DNA of 64,000 nt from Candidatus Sericytochromatia bacterium (GCA_036676985.1 JAKFBU010000027.1:96001-160000); one strand, 5' to 3'. Positions 17,790 to 28,103 are shown, numbered from the stretch's first letter. The notes: a model not told the origin generated them from the sequence alone. Program-made: numbers and translations.

Positions 17790-18604
17790 GGCACCTCCGG
17801 ATCGAGCGTGAACAGGGGCAGGGGCAGCTGGATCGGGGCGACGGCGTCGGCCGAGAGGGTCACCGGGTGGCAGTAGGACTCGAACGAGCAGCGAGCGCAG
17901 TGCGCCCGGTTGCGCGTGCGCGGAAAGCTCGGATCATCCGGGCGGGTCTCGTCGAAGGGCTGCAGGACCTTGGTGGCCAGCTCGTCGAAGTGGGACCGGT
18001 CAGCCTCGAAGGTCGCAAGGTCGTAGCGAAACTCCTCGGGGCGGGCCCGCTGCACGTCCCAGTAGGTCATGCGCACGCGCTCCGGGTCGATGGGGCGGCC
18101 GTCGTCGTAGACGGCCCCCGCCTGAACCAGGGCGAAGCGGTAGAGCCGCGTCTGGTTGCTCTTCTCGAGCGTGTTGCGGGTCGTCTTGCCCGTCTTCCAG
18201 TCGAGGATCTCCCAGTCGTCCCCGTCTTTGACGAGCCGATCGTAGCGGACCATGAAGGGGGCGCCCGCGAAGGTGAAGTGCAGGGGCGCCTCGGTGTGGA
18301 CCTCGCCCTTGGGGCGCGCGTGCGGCGAGGCCGAGTACATCGTCCAGAGCACGCCCAGGCGCGGCAGCCGCTCGGCCTCGGCGGCGAGCACACCCTTCAC
18401 GTCCATGCCCATGGCCTGCTGCTGGACGAGGCGGTGGAAGAGCTGGCCGGTGCGGATGGCGGCGGTGGCCTCCGGGTCGGAGTCGAAGGACAGGGGCCCT
18501 GGCCAGTAGCGACTCGCCTTGTACTTCAAAGCGAAGCGGCGCGGGCACTCGTCGAGGTCACCCAGGCTGTGCTGGCTGATCCGCGGGGTCTCGAGCCGGC
18601 TCAT
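17786..18604 (-). CDS. Stand-alone PD-(D/E)XK nuclease, AddB/RecB-like, with Fe-S staple cysteines
   Basis: CPRRF, GQLFH, RYDRL...ILDWKTG, QTRLY, CARCSFESYC; ATGA overlaps at both ends. Confidence 0.88.
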   Translation of the reverse strand: MSRLETPRISQHSLGDLDECPRRFALKYKASRYWPGPLSFDSDPEATAAIRTGQLFHRLVQQQAMGMDVKGVLAAEAERLPRLGVLWTMYSASPHARPKGEVHTEAPLHFTFAGAPFMVRYDRLVKDGDDWEILDWKTGKTTRNTLEKSNQTRLYRFALVQAGAVYDDGRPIDPERVRMTYWDVQRARPEEFRYDLATFEADRSHFDELATKVLQPFDETRPDDPSFPRTRNRAHCARCSFESYCHPVTLSADAVAPIQLPLPLFTLDPEVP

Positions 18605-20817
18605 GACGGGCATCCTTTCGCGAGCTCGAGGACGTGGGTCGGTGCCATGCGCTCGGGCTTGAAGCCGTAGGCGGAGAGCGTCAGGTGCTCTTCGGCGCGG
18701 GTGATGCCGACGTAGAGCAGGCGCAACCGTTCGGCCACGGCCACCTGGTGGGCGGCGCGCTCCAGCGCTTCGATCCGCGGGCGGGGCTGGTCGTTGGCAT
18801 GGGCGATCGTCTGCTCGGCCACGAAGGCGTCGCGATCCCAGATCTCGACCTCGTCCAGGCGCCAGGGGAACCAGGTCTTGTCCCCGTAGTAATAGCCGAG
18901 GTTGGGGATCCAGACGGCCTCGTACTCGGCTCCCTTGGACTTGTGCAGCGTGAGGATCTCGATCTCGCCGGGCTTGGGCGGGACGAGCTCCTGGGCGCCA
19001 TGGCCGAAGGAACGCTTCTCGGCCGTGACGGCGAGTTCATCGAGCGCCTGTTGGACCTGGCGCAGGGGATCGTCCAGGTCCAACCAGTCGTCGCCCTCCC
19101 GGGTCGGCTGGAAGGGCAGCCGTCCCTGCAGGTCGCGGGCCACGGCCGCCGCCTTGGAGGCGAGCACCTGGGCGCTCGGATCCGGCAACAGCTCGCGCGC
19201 GATGGTGGGCAGGAGCTCCACCGGCGGCAGGTGTCGGGCGTCGAGCAGGACGCGCATGCGCCGGGCCACGATCACCGCGAGGGCATAGTCGGCCTCCCCG
19301 AGGCTCGCGGGCCGCGCGGGGGGCAGTCCCTCCGTCGGGTAGACCAGGCCGTCCAGCACGCCGGGGGCGAGCAGGTGCGCGCGCAGCGCCTTGAGATCGA
19401 AGAGGGGCTCCTTGCGGGCCGCGCACACGGCCTCGAGCAGCTCGACGAAGGACTCGGCCTGGCGCTGCGGGGGGATCGAGAGGAAGGTCAGCGCCCGCTT
19501 GAGCACGGCGATGACGAGGCCCCCCCCGGATTTGGCCTGCTCGGGAGCGTACACGGGCAGGTCCATGAGCCGGGCCGTGTCGGCGTAGGCCTCGCCCATG
19601 GTCCCCGAGTAGCAGAGGATGGCGACGCGGGCGTGGGGCTTCTTTTGAAGGTAGGCCCGGACCTCGCTCAGGATGCCCTGGCGCTCGTCGTCCTTGTTCC
19701 CGTAGGTTTTCCATCGGACCGAGCAGCGCGCGGGATCGGGGTTGAGCTTGCCGGCGGTCGCCACCTGGATGGCAACGGGATCGAAGGCCTCCCGGACCTC
19801 GGGGTCGGGGTGGGTGCGGGCGATCGCCACCAGGTTGTTGGCCAGTTCCAGGATCGGGCGTCCGCTCCGGCTGCTCTCGGCCATGGTGACCCGACGGCCC
19901 TCGGACTCGCAGGCATCGCAGAAGGCCCGGAAGAAGCGCGGATCGTTGAAGGTGAAGCTGCTCGTGATGGCCTGGTTGGAGTCGCCGACGCGCACCAGGT
20001 TGCCGGCCCCGCCGTGGGCGGTATCCGTCAGGAGCGTGATGAGGCGGTTCTGAGCGGGCGTCGAGTCCTGGGCCTCGTCCTCCATGACAAAGCGGAAGCG
20101 GCGCTGGTACCAGGCGAGCAGCTCCGGAGTCGTCTCCAGGAGCCGGATGGCCTGCTGGATCTGGTCGTCGTAGTCCACCGCGCGCCGGCCGTGCAGCTCG
20201 GAGGCGTAGGCGCGGTACAGGTAAGGGATCTCCGGCTGCTGGTCGCCCAGCAGCCGCTCCACCGCGTCGGGGGTGAGCCCGAAGTTCTTGGCCGCCGAGA
20301 TGGCCTTGAGGGCCGCGCCGATGGTCTTGCGCCGCGGGTCCTGGTTGAAGGCGTCGCCCTTCGGACGGCCGTAGCGGGCCTCCCAGTTGGTCCGGGCGGC
20401 CGGATCCCGCAGGTAGGCCTCCAGGTGCGGCAGGAGGATCAGCTCCTGTTCGGCGTCCGAGAGGATGATGAGGCCGTCGTAGCCGGAATCGGCGTCGCTG
20501 AAGCGCTCATAGTGGCGCTTGATGACCGAGAGACAGAAGGCATGGATGGTGCTCGAGGTGAGCCCATAGGCCGTGAGCCCCCGCTCCTGCAAGAGGACGG
20601 CGATCCGGCGCTTGAAGGTGTTGGCCGCCGAGCGCATGTAGGTGAGGATGAGGAGCTCGGAGGGCTTGGCATGCCCTTCCTCGATGAGCTTGGCGGCGAG
20701 CCGGGTCAGGATGAAGGTCTTTCCGGCGCCCGGTACGGCGGCGATCGCCATGCGACCGCCCGTGTAGGCGAGGATGTCCCGCTGAGCAGGACGCAGCGAC
20801 TCAAGCTCGACGCCCAT
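18601..20817 (-). CDS. SF1 UvrD/AddA-like ATP-dependent helicase
   Basis: AVPGAGKT, EDEAQDS, VGDSNQAI, LTLHKSKGAEY, ERLRLLYVGITRAEE. Confidence 0.93.
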   Translation of the reverse strand: MGVELESLRPAQRDILAYTGGRMAIAAVPGAGKTFILTRLAAKLIEEGHAKPSELLILTYMRSAANTFKRRIAVLLQERGLTAYGLTSSTIHAFCLSVIKRHYERFSDADSGYDGLIILSDAEQELILLPHLEAYLRDPAARTNWEARYGRPKGDAFNQDPRRKTIGAALKAISAAKNFGLTPDAVERLLGDQQPEIPYLYRAYASELHGRRAVDYDDQIQQAIRLLETTPELLAWYQRRFRFVMEDEAQDSTPAQNRLITLLTDTAHGGAGNLVRVGDSNQAITSSFTFNDPRFFRAFCDACESEGRRVTMAESSRSGRPILELANNLVAIARTHPDPEVREAFDPVAIQVATAGKLNPDPARCSVRWKTYGNKDDERQGILSEVRAYLQKKPHARVAILCYSGTMGEAYADTARLMDLPVYAPEQAKSGGGLVIAVLKRALTFLSIPPQRQAESFVELLEAVCAARKEPLFDLKALRAHLLAPGVLDGLVYPTEGLPPARPASLGEADYALAVIVARRMRVLLDARHLPPVELLPTIARELLPDPSAQVLASKAAAVARDLQGRLPFQPTREGDDWLDLDDPLRQVQQALDELAVTAEKRSFGHGAQELVPPKPGEIEILTLHKSKGAEYEAVWIPNLGYYYGDKTWFPWRLDEVEIWDRDAFVAEQTIAHANDQPRPRIEALERAAHQVAVAERLRLLYVGITRAEEHLTLSAYGFKPERMAPTHVLELAKGCPS

Positions 20818-23065
20818 GGCGGCCTCCGGCGAGAGACTCGAAGAGCCACGGGAGCTCACCGGCCTGCTCGCGCCCCTCGGCATCGGTCAGGCAGGAGAAG
20901 ACCCTCAGGCTCTCTTTGGGCAGGCGGCAGAGGGCCCAGAGGTTCTTGGCGAGCTTGTCGGCGGCGTCCGCCTCCTCGTCCTCGAAGCGGTAGGCGCCGC
21001 CCGGCCATGCGGCAGCGAGTACCCGGGCGTTGGTCAGCTCCTTGCGATCGCGCTTGAGCCAGCGCGCGGAACCCACGTCCATGAGGTAGAGGTGGCGAAG
21101 GGGGCGCTCGGAGGCTCCCTTTTCCGCGAGCTGGCTCGCGGTGGCGAGCATGACCGAGACGCGGTGCGGCTCGCGCCTGAAAAAGGGGCGCTCGGCGATG
21201 GTGCCCGCGTGCAGGAAGCGCAGGAACGACCACTCCCAGGACGTCCGGTCCGCGCCGTCCGGCTGGGGATCCTCGAGGCGCGGCGGCACGGTGCCGACCC
21301 GCTCCAGCACCGCTCGATAGGACTCGGTCAGCTCGATGAGCTGGCCGATCTGGCTGATCTCGCGCTGCCAGGCCTCATGGGCTTCGACGCCCGAGAGGCT
21401 CGCCTGGCGAGCGGGGGCGAAGCGCTGGGCGAAGGCCTGGCGCAGGAAGGCCGGAAGATCCGGGCGGGACTCGGGCGATCGCCGCGCCTCGATCCAGTCG
21501 TATAGGGACCGGTACCCGGCGCGGGCGCGGTTGGTGACGGCCTCGCCCACGATCTCGAGCTGGTCCGGGTGGTTGAGGCCCGCATCCGTGGTGAGCTTGT
21601 CCGCGAGACGGCCCAGTTGCAGGGGGTTGAGCCCCGTCTCGAGCTCCAGGAGTTCGATCCACTCGTAGCGGCCCGGAGGCAGCTTCCACTCGGGGTGGCA
21701 GAGCTTGGCGAGCGTCATGAGGATCCGCACGGCGCGATTCTGGATCAGGCGGTTGGTGCCCGCGTACACATACAGGGGAATGCCATGCCGCGTGAGTCGG
21801 TTCTGGAGGCCCCAGAGCAGGAAGGCGTCGATGGAGGGGGCCACGAGCGCCACCTCCTCGCGATCGACCCCCGCGTCGAAGCATGCGACCAGATCCGCCA
21901 CCACCGCGTCGAGCATGTCCTCGAAGGCATAGCGGTCCGACCGGACGAGGACGCCTTCGGGCAGCGCCAGGGGAGCGCCCTGATAGCCGCTGCGCACTCC
22001 GGCGTGGAGGGCGCGCGCCAGCGTGGCCAGTCCCGCCTCGGCAGGCGTCGGATCCGGCGTCATGAGGGTCTCGGTCTCCCAGTCGCCGGCCAGGCTCCAG
22101 GCGCCGGCGGGGTCGGCCCCGACATAGGCGCGCAGGCCGCCTAGTATGGGGCCCTCGGGGCCCTGGTCGGCCTGCATGGTGGCGAAGAGGCGCACGCTGT
22201 TGGCCTCGAGCGTCCTGAAGATCCGGTGCCAGCGGGGCGGAAGCTCGTCGAGCCGCTCGACGAGGACATGCCGGAGGCGATCGCAGAGCGCCCGGCGGTA
22301 CCGCTCGTCCGCGAGCAGTACGCCGTCGTAGAGATCCAGCTGAAGGGCGTAGTCCAGACAGCGGTGGCGGAGCATGTGCTCGACATAGCGGGTCAGGCAC
22401 TGTTCCACTCCCTGGAAGATCGGGGACAGGGAGGACTGACCGCCCGCACCCTCGTGGAGGCGGCGGGCGATGGCCCGGGCGAGGCCCCCGGCGTCGCCGT
22501 CATGCGCGGTGAGGGAATGGCCGTTCTCGATGCCGCGCGCCAGCGCGTCCAGGAGCTGGATGTTCTGGAGGTGCGGGGGCGAGTCGCTGCCCGCGAGGCA
22601 GTCGGAGTCGGGAGCGCGCACTTCGGAGGTGAAGCGCGTCATCAGGTACTGGGACAGGTCGATGGCGACGGCGAAGGGCTCCGCGTACCGCAGCGGCGCG
22701 CCTTCGGGTCCGGTGGAGGCGTAGCCCCAGTCCTCCAGCCGCTCGTCGACCAAGGGCCACCAGAGCTTCAGCTCCTCTCGAATGAACGCTGCCGGAGTGT
22801 GGACGCGCTGCGCGCCGGTCGGAAGCTCCAGGGCCCCAGCCGCGGTCCAGGGCCGGGCCTCGGGGGCGATGTGCGGCTCGGGGTCGCCCTTTAGGAGCGA
22901 CGTCCAGCGGGTGCGCGTCGTTCCCTCCAGGAGGACGAGCACGGCGTCGCTCGGGATGCCGGCCTTCAAGAGGGCCGTGTACCGCTCCCAGAGCCCGTCG
23001 GACAGCGCCTCACGCGGCATGCCGGCAAGGTAGGCGCTGTTTTCGGTCGGGGCGATCGCGCGCAT
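20801..23065 (-). CDS. Degenerate SF1 helicase-like protein (AddB/RecC-like partner)
   Basis: No Walker A; remnants LDYALQ, RHVLVERLDE, EEVALVAP, VMLAT; overlaps helicase start. Confidence 0.6.
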   Translation of the reverse strand: MRAIAPTENSAYLAGMPREALSDGLWERYTALLKAGIPSDAVLVLLEGTTRTRWTSLLKGDPEPHIAPEARPWTAAGALELPTGAQRVHTPAAFIREELKLWWPLVDERLEDWGYASTGPEGAPLRYAEPFAVAIDLSQYLMTRFTSEVRAPDSDCLAGSDSPPHLQNIQLLDALARGIENGHSLTAHDGDAGGLARAIARRLHEGAGGQSSLSPIFQGVEQCLTRYVEHMLRHRCLDYALQLDLYDGVLLADERYRRALCDRLRHVLVERLDELPPRWHRIFRTLEANSVRLFATMQADQGPEGPILGGLRAYVGADPAGAWSLAGDWETETLMTPDPTPAEAGLATLARALHAGVRSGYQGAPLALPEGVLVRSDRYAFEDMLDAVVADLVACFDAGVDREEVALVAPSIDAFLLWGLQNRLTRHGIPLYVYAGTNRLIQNRAVRILMTLAKLCHPEWKLPPGRYEWIELLELETGLNPLQLGRLADKLTTDAGLNHPDQLEIVGEAVTNRARAGYRSLYDWIEARRSPESRPDLPAFLRQAFAQRFAPARQASLSGVEAHEAWQREISQIGQLIELTESYRAVLERVGTVPPRLEDPQPDGADRTSWEWSFLRFLHAGTIAERPFFRREPHRVSVMLATASQLAEKGASERPLRHLYLMDVGSARWLKRDRKELTNARVLAAAWPGGAYRFEDEEADAADKLAKNLWALCRLPKESLRVFSCLTDAEGREQAGELPWLFESLAGGRHGRRA

Positions 23066-23247
23066 GAAGGGGGCTCGCTGGGTAAGAAAGGGAACGACCC
23101 CATCTTACCAGGCGAGGGTTTGCCCGTTCAAGCGAGCGTCGGCAGGGCCTCGCGGCCATCCGCGGCGACCCGGAACGAGGTCGCCCGGGCCGGTACGAGG
23201 GGAAAGGGGCGCCACGCAGGCGCCGAAAACAGGAGACGGACGGGACC

Positions 23248-24582
23248 ATGCCGCCAAAGCCGACGCCGACACCCAGCCCCTTCGACCAGACGGCCGAGCG
23301 AGCGGCTACCCTGCCGGACAATCCCTTCCTCAAGGCCGAGGCCCACTGGACGAGCCAGGCCTTCGGCGGCATCGTCGCCGAGCTCGAGAGCGCCATCCAG
23401 CAGACGCAGGGCAAGCTAGGCGAGGCATGGGAGCAGGGAGCGCGGACGGGCTACGATCTCGGGTTCCAAGCGGGCGCCAAGGAAACCGAGGCCGAGCTCA
23501 GGGCCTTCTACGAGGGGGCCTTGACCGAGCAGGAGGCCCAGGCCGCGCGAGAGCTCGAGGAGTTGCGCGATCGCCTGCACGCCGAGCATGAGGCCGAGCT
23601 TGCGGCCCTGAGGGACAGCACCCGTCGAGAGATCGAGCGCCTCGGCACGGAGCAGGCGGCCAAGCTCGCGAACCTCGAGGACACGGTGCGGCGTGAGACG
23701 GAGCTCGAGCTGCAGCATCGCTTCACGACCGAGCTCGCCCAGGCCGAGGCGCGCGTCCGCCGGGAGACCGAGCAGGAGCTGCAGCAGCGTTTCACGACCG
23801 AGCGCGGCCAGGCCGAGGCGCGGGTCCGCCGGGACATCGAGCAGGAGCTGCAGCAGCGCTTCAGCGAGCAGCTCCATGAGGTCGAGACCCGGGTCCGGCG
23901 GGACACCGAGCTTGCAACGCGACGGGCGATGGAGAGCGAGCGCCCGACTCCGGCCGAGACGCCCGAACCCGCCGATCCGGACGCCCTGCGGCAGGCCCGG
24001 GCCGAGGGCTACACCCAGGGCCTCAACGAGAGTGCTCGCCGCTACGAGGAGACCATGAGCCGGGCGGCCCTGGAGCGTCGGGAAGCCGCGGAAGAGGCCT
24101 ATCGCAAGGGCTTCGACGCGGCGCAGGCCCAGACGGAGAAGGAGCTGAAGGCCGCCCACCAGGAAGGCTACCGCCAGGGGCTGCAGGAGGCGGGCCAGGA
24201 GTTTGCGACGACCGCCGCCGGGGTGCCGGGGCCGCTCCTGGACGAGGCGCGACGCCAGGCTTACGAGAACGGGTACGAGGACGGCCGCAGCGTGGGGCTG
24301 TCCCGGGGGCGCCGCCAGGCCGAGGCGGAGCAGGTGAGCCGGCTGCAGGAGGCCACCCGGATCGCCTACCGGGAGGGGTTCCTCGACGGCAAGCGGACGG
24401 TCGCGGACGCCGAGCGCTCTTGGGCCTTCGGCGTGTTGCACCTGCCGCCGGACGCCACGACGGGCGAGGTGAAGCAGCATTACAAGCGCCTGAGCATGGC
24501 CCTGCACCCCGATCAGAACCCTCAGCTCGCCGACGTGTTCATCAAGAACCTCAACCGCGCCAAGCAACTGCTCGACGGCTGA
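23248..24582 (+). CDS. Coiled-coil protein with FliH-like AxxxGxxxG repeats and C-terminal J domain
   Basis: ARAEGYTQG, AYRKGFDAA, AHQEGYRQG, AYENGYEDG, AYREGFLDG; VLHLPPDA...KQHYKRLSMALHPDQN. Confidence 0.8.
   Translation: MPPKPTPTPSPFDQTAERAATLPDNPFLKAEAHWTSQAFGGIVAELESAIQQTQGKLGEAWEQGARTGYDLGFQAGAKETEAELRAFYEGALTEQEAQAARELEELRDRLHAEHEAELAALRDSTRREIERLGTEQAAKLANLEDTVRRETELELQHRFTTELAQAEARVRRETEQELQQRFTTERGQAEARVRRDIEQELQQRFSEQLHEVETRVRRDTELATRRAMESERPTPAETPEPADPDALRQARAEGYTQGLNESARRYEETMSRAALERREAAEEAYRKGFDAAQAQTEKELKAAHQEGYRQGLQEAGQEFATTAAGVPGPLLDEARRQAYENGYEDGRSVGLSRGRRQAEAEQVSRLQEATRIAYREGFLDGKRTVADAERSWAFGVLHLPPDATTGEVKQHYKRLSMALHPDQNPQLADVFIKNLNRAKQLLDG
23686..23910 (+). repeat. About 3.3 copies of a 69-bp (23-aa) in-frame repeat
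   Basis: VRRETELELQHRFTTELAQAEAR / VRRETEQELQQRFTTERGQAEAR / VRRDIEQELQQRFSEQLHEVETR / VRRDTE. Confidence 0.9.
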
Positions 24583-24647
24583 GGCTGGACGAGCGAGCGA
24601 CCGGCGTGTAACCTGAAACTCGCTTAGCTGTCTTCGAGGTGTTAGCC

Positions 24648-24911
24648 ATGCCCATGCTCGAGTTCAACCGCGCCGAACAGCAGACCCTGCTCGACGCGAT
24701 CCGCCGCTACATGACGACCAACCAGTCGCCGCCCGTGTTCCTGATGGGTAACCAGGCCATCACCGCCCTGAACCAGCGCCGGCGTACCCCCGGCCCCATC
24801 CGGGTCCAGGTGCCCTCGGCCACCGTCAACCTCATGCGCGCGGCCGTCGTCGATTACTCCCGCCACCGGGAGGGCGACTTCGCGGAGCTGCTCGAAAAGC
24901 TCCCCACCTGA
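24648..24911 (+). CDS. Hypothetical protein
   Basis: GAGGT RBS; host-like codon usage. Confidence 0.65.
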   Translation: MPMLEFNRAEQQTLLDAIRRYMTTNQSPPVFLMGNQAITALNQRRRTPGPIRVQVPSATVNLMRAAVVDYSRHREGDFAELLEKLPT

Positions 24912-25051
24912 TTCCGTTGATTGCCTGCTGATGGCAACCTTGGCCTGAAGATTCGTTTCCCCGGAACGAAGTCCTTGGGTCAAGGCGTTGCTATGCTCGC
25001 GTACGCTCACGCACTGGCCGGGTTCGTCCCGGGGAAGGAGGCGTTTCGCGT

Positions 25052-25789
25052 ATGCACGGCAAAGTCGCCATCGTCACCGGAAGCTCGCGCGGCATCGGCC
25101 GTGAGATTGCGCTCGCCTTCGCCAGGCGCGGTACGAGCGTCGTCCTCAACTACCAGAAGGACAAGACGGCGGCCGAGGCCGTGGCCAACGAGATACGGTC
25201 CATGGGGGCCGAGGCCGAGGTGGTCGAGGCCGACGTCAGGCAGTTCGACCACGCCCAGCGCCTCGCCGAGCGCGCCATGCAGCGCTTCGGGCGCATCGAC
25301 GTGCTGGTGAACAACGCGGGCATCACCCGCGACAAGACGTTCCGCAAGATGACGCCGGAGCTCTGGCACGAGGTCATGGACGTCAACCTGCACGGCGTCT
25401 TCAACGTCACCAAGGCGGTCGTGGATCCCATGTGCGATCAGCGATCCGGCTGCATCATCTCCATCTCCTCGATCATCGGCGAGATGGGCAACGCCGGGCA
25501 GGCCAACTATGCGGCCTCCAAGGCGGCGATCATCGGCTTCACCAAGTCGCTCGCCAAGGAGATGGCGCGCCACAACGTCCGGGTGAATGCCGTGGCCCCG
25601 GGCTTCACGGAGACGGACATGCTCACGGCCGTGCCGGACGACGCCAAGAGCAAGATTCTCACGCAGATCCCCTTGGGTGCCTTCGCAAGCCCCGGCGACG
25701 TGGCGAATGGGGTCATCTACCTGTGCGACGACACGGGCCGGCATATCACCGGGCACGTGCTGAGCATCAACGGCGGGATGTACGTCTGA
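25052..25789 (+). CDS. SDR: 3-oxoacyl-ACP reductase / acetoacetyl-CoA reductase (FabG/PhaB-like)
   Basis: [36 protein letters not shown]. Confidence 0.93.
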   Translation: MHGKVAIVTGSSRGIGREIALAFARRGTSVVLNYQKDKTAAEAVANEIRSMGAEAEVVEADVRQFDHAQRLAERAMQRFGRIDVLVNNAGITRDKTFRKMTPELWHEVMDVNLHGVFNVTKAVVDPMCDQRSGCIISISSIIGEMGNAGQANYAASKAAIIGFTKSLAKEMARHNVRVNAVAPGFTETDMLTAVPDDAKSKILTQIPLGAFASPGDVANGVIYLCDDTGRHITGHVLSINGGMYV

Positions 25790-26563
25790 TTAGCCGCCGC
25801 CGGACAAGTCCCGGCGGCTAAAGAGAACGGCCGCGGCCACCACCCAGAGGGCCATCAGCCCCAGGGCCAATGCCAGCGATTGACCGGACGCCTCCCCTGC
25901 GGCGAGGTGTCCGGCCTGCTCCGTGACCCAACCCACCGGCAACAGCCAGCTCAGTCCCTCGAGCGCGCGAGCATAGACCTCCGAGCCCATCTGCTCGGCC
26001 ACCGGCACCAGCTGGCGGGCTGCCGTGCTCAGGATCCACGCGAGCACCGTCGCGACCAGCGCCGTCGAGGCCGGCACGAGGCACGAGGCGAAGAGGCAGA
26101 AGGCGACCACGAGCCACGAGGCCAGGCTCGAGGCGAGGAAGGCCGCGAGCGTCGGCCCGAACTCCGCGGTGCCGAACCGGGTGCTGATGGACAGGGCCGC
26201 AATCACGCCCCAGAGCGCCCACGCCCCGAGCATCCAGAGGGCTGCCGCAAGGCCCTTGCCCAGGATGATCTGGTAGCGGGAGACGGGCTTGGTGACCAGG
26301 AGCAGGATGGTGCCCCGCTCCAGCTCGGCCGGCAGCAAGGAGCTCGTGAGGGCCGCCGCGAGGAAGAGCGACACGAACTGCGCGAACTGCACGAGCCCGC
26401 CGCGCAGGGCCGCGCCAAGCTGGGCCTCGCCATTCAGCTGGACCGCCCCGGTGGGCAGGATGGCCGGGATGAGCATGAGGAGCGCCACGGCGAGAAAGCC
26501 CCAGGGCGTCTTCTGGCGCCACAGCTCCACGAGCGTCAGGCGCACCAGCGTGGGGATGGTCAT
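25790..26563 (-). CDS. ABC-2 type permease
   Basis: ELERGTILLLVTKPVSRYQIILGK; six TM; FSRRDL C-terminus. Confidence 0.9.
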   Translation of the reverse strand: MTIPTLVRLTLVELWRQKTPWGFLAVALLMLIPAILPTGAVQLNGEAQLGAALRGGLVQFAQFVSLFLAAALTSSLLPAELERGTILLLVTKPVSRYQIILGKGLAAALWMLGAWALWGVIAALSISTRFGTAEFGPTLAAFLASSLASWLVVAFCLFASCLVPASTALVATVLAWILSTAARQLVPVAEQMGSEVYARALEGLSWLLPVGWVTEQAGHLAAGEASGQSLALALGLMALWVVAAAVLFSRRDLSGGG

Positions 26564-27498
26564 GCGTCCTCCTCGACCACCCGGACGAACAGGTCCTCGA
26601 GGCTCTCCCGGGTGGGGGTGAGGGCGTAGAGGCGGGCGTTGGCGGAGGTGACGGCCTCGGCCACGGGCGGGATCCGGTCCTCGCTCGGCACGGCGAGCGT
26701 CAGCTCCGAAATGTCTCCCTGTGACACGACGTGCAGGTCGGAGCCCATGCGGGCAAGGGAAGCCGACAGCTCGGGGCTCAGGCCGCCGATGCGCATGTGC
26801 AGGCTGATGGCGCCCTCGAGCAGGCTTGCGATGGAGCCCTGTCGCTCCAGGCGCCCCTTGCGCATGATGGCCACCCGGTCGCAGACCCGCTCGATGTCCG
26901 AGAGGATGTGCGAGTTGAGGAGCACCGTCTTGCCACGATCCTTCAATCCCTCGACGATCATGCGCACGTCACGGCGACCGATGGGGTCCAGCGCCGAGGT
27001 CGGCTCGTCCAGGATGAGCAGGTCCGGGTCGTTCAGGAGGGCCTGCGCGAGCGCCAGACGCTGCTGCATGCCCTTGGAGAAGGTGCCGACGGCCGAATCC
27101 ACGCGCTCATGGAGGCCGACCAGACGCAGCGTCTCGTCGATCCGGCGCACGAGGCGATCGCCCGACATCCCGTAAAGTCGCCCCTGGTAGCCGAGGAACT
27201 CGCGTGCCCGCAGGTAAGCCGGCAGCTGGAAGCGCTCGGGCACGTACCCGATGCGCCGCCGCACGGAGGTGTCGCGCATGGCCGCGCCCATCAAGGAGAA
27301 GGTGCCCCCGGACGGACGAATGGCGCCGAGCAGCATGAGGATGGTGGTCGTCTTGCCCGCACCGTTGGGGCCCAACAGGCCGAACGTGGAGCCCTCGGGG
27401 ACCGTCAGCGTGAGGTCCCGGACCGCATCGGTCTCGCCCTTCCAGAGGCGGCGGTACGTCTTCTTGAGGCTGTGGGTGGCAATGACCGGTATGCTCAT
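26560..27498 (-). CDS. ABC transporter ATP-binding protein
   Basis: GPNGAGKTT, FSKGMQQR, LILDEPT, NSH. Confidence 0.96.
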   Translation of the reverse strand: MSIPVIATHSLKKTYRRLWKGETDAVRDLTLTVPEGSTFGLLGPNGAGKTTTILMLLGAIRPSGGTFSLMGAAMRDTSVRRRIGYVPERFQLPAYLRAREFLGYQGRLYGMSGDRLVRRIDETLRLVGLHERVDSAVGTFSKGMQQRLALAQALLNDPDLLILDEPTSALDPIGRRDVRMIVEGLKDRGKTVLLNSHILSDIERVCDRVAIMRKGRLERQGSIASLLEGAISLHMRIGGLSPELSASLARMGSDLHVVSQGDISELTLAVPSEDRIPPVAEAVTSANARLYALTPTRESLEDLFVRVVEEDA

Positions 27499-27558
27499 TC
27501 GTTGCTCCTCATGGGCTCGCCATGATACGGGCAGCCGGCCAGTTTGGCGAGTGCGTCG

Positions 27559-27620
27559 GCTATGTCAATCGAAATGTCTTGACATAGCTATGCCGATCGA
27601 CGACAATGCCGACATAGCTA
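27559..27620 (+). promoter_or_regulatory. Sigma70-like promoter covered by tandem inverted-repeat operators
   Basis: GCTATGTCAA-N10-TTGACATAGC (27559-27588); GCTATGCCGA-N12-CCGACATAGC (27587-27618); TTGACA(27579)-N17-GACAAT(27602). Confidence 0.7.
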
Positions 27621-27662
27621 ACGACCCCTCGGAAAGGACTACAATCGATCGTGGGAGCGGAC

Positions 27663-28103
27663 GTGAACCTCAAGGCAGGAGCAAAGGCACGCTTGCAGGC
27701 GGTGCGGGCGCGGATCGAGGCCGTCCGCCGCGAGATCGCAGAGCATGAGCGGGCACTTGCCGACCTGCGGGCCCAGTTGCCGGAGCTCGAGTTCGAGGAG
27801 GCGGCCATGCGCTACATCGTCGAGGGGGCCGCGGCCGCTCCGGCACCCGTGGCAACCTCGTCGGAACCGCGCCGCAAGCTGTCCCGCCCCGAGCTCATCG
27901 AGGTCATCAAGGGGCACTTCACGGCGGTGGGACGCCCCATGGAGGTGGGCGAGCTGCACCGGCACCTCGAGGAGGAGGAGCGGGTCGACCTGGGCGCCAA
28001 TGCCCGCAACTACCTCTGCGGCGTCTTGAGCCGCAACAAGGACGTGCACTTTGCCAACGTAGGCAAGGGCGAATGGTGGCTTGCCGGCCGCCCGACGCCT
28101 TAG
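27663..28103 (+). CDS. Coiled-coil plus winged-helix hypothetical DNA-binding protein
   Basis: N-terminal heptads; GRPMEVGELHRHL...NYLCGVLSR...FANVGKGEWWL. Confidence 0.7.
   Translation: MNLKAGAKARLQAVRARIEAVRREIAEHERALADLRAQLPELEFEEAAMRYIVEGAAAAPAPVATSSEPRRKLSRPELIEVIKGHFTAVGRPMEVGELHRHLEEEERVDLGANARNYLCGVLSRNKDVHFANVGKGEWWLAGRPTP

Noticed and set aside
17786-18604. Nuclease as Cas4
   Set aside because: No cas1/cas2 or array; the helicase-recJ context fits DNA repair.
23686-23910. Regular direct repeats resembling a CRISPR array
   Set aside because: In-frame 69-bp coding repeats with no unique spacers and no cas genes.
25052-25789. Calling the SDR phaB
   Set aside because: No phaA/phaC nearby; cannot be separated from fabG by eye.
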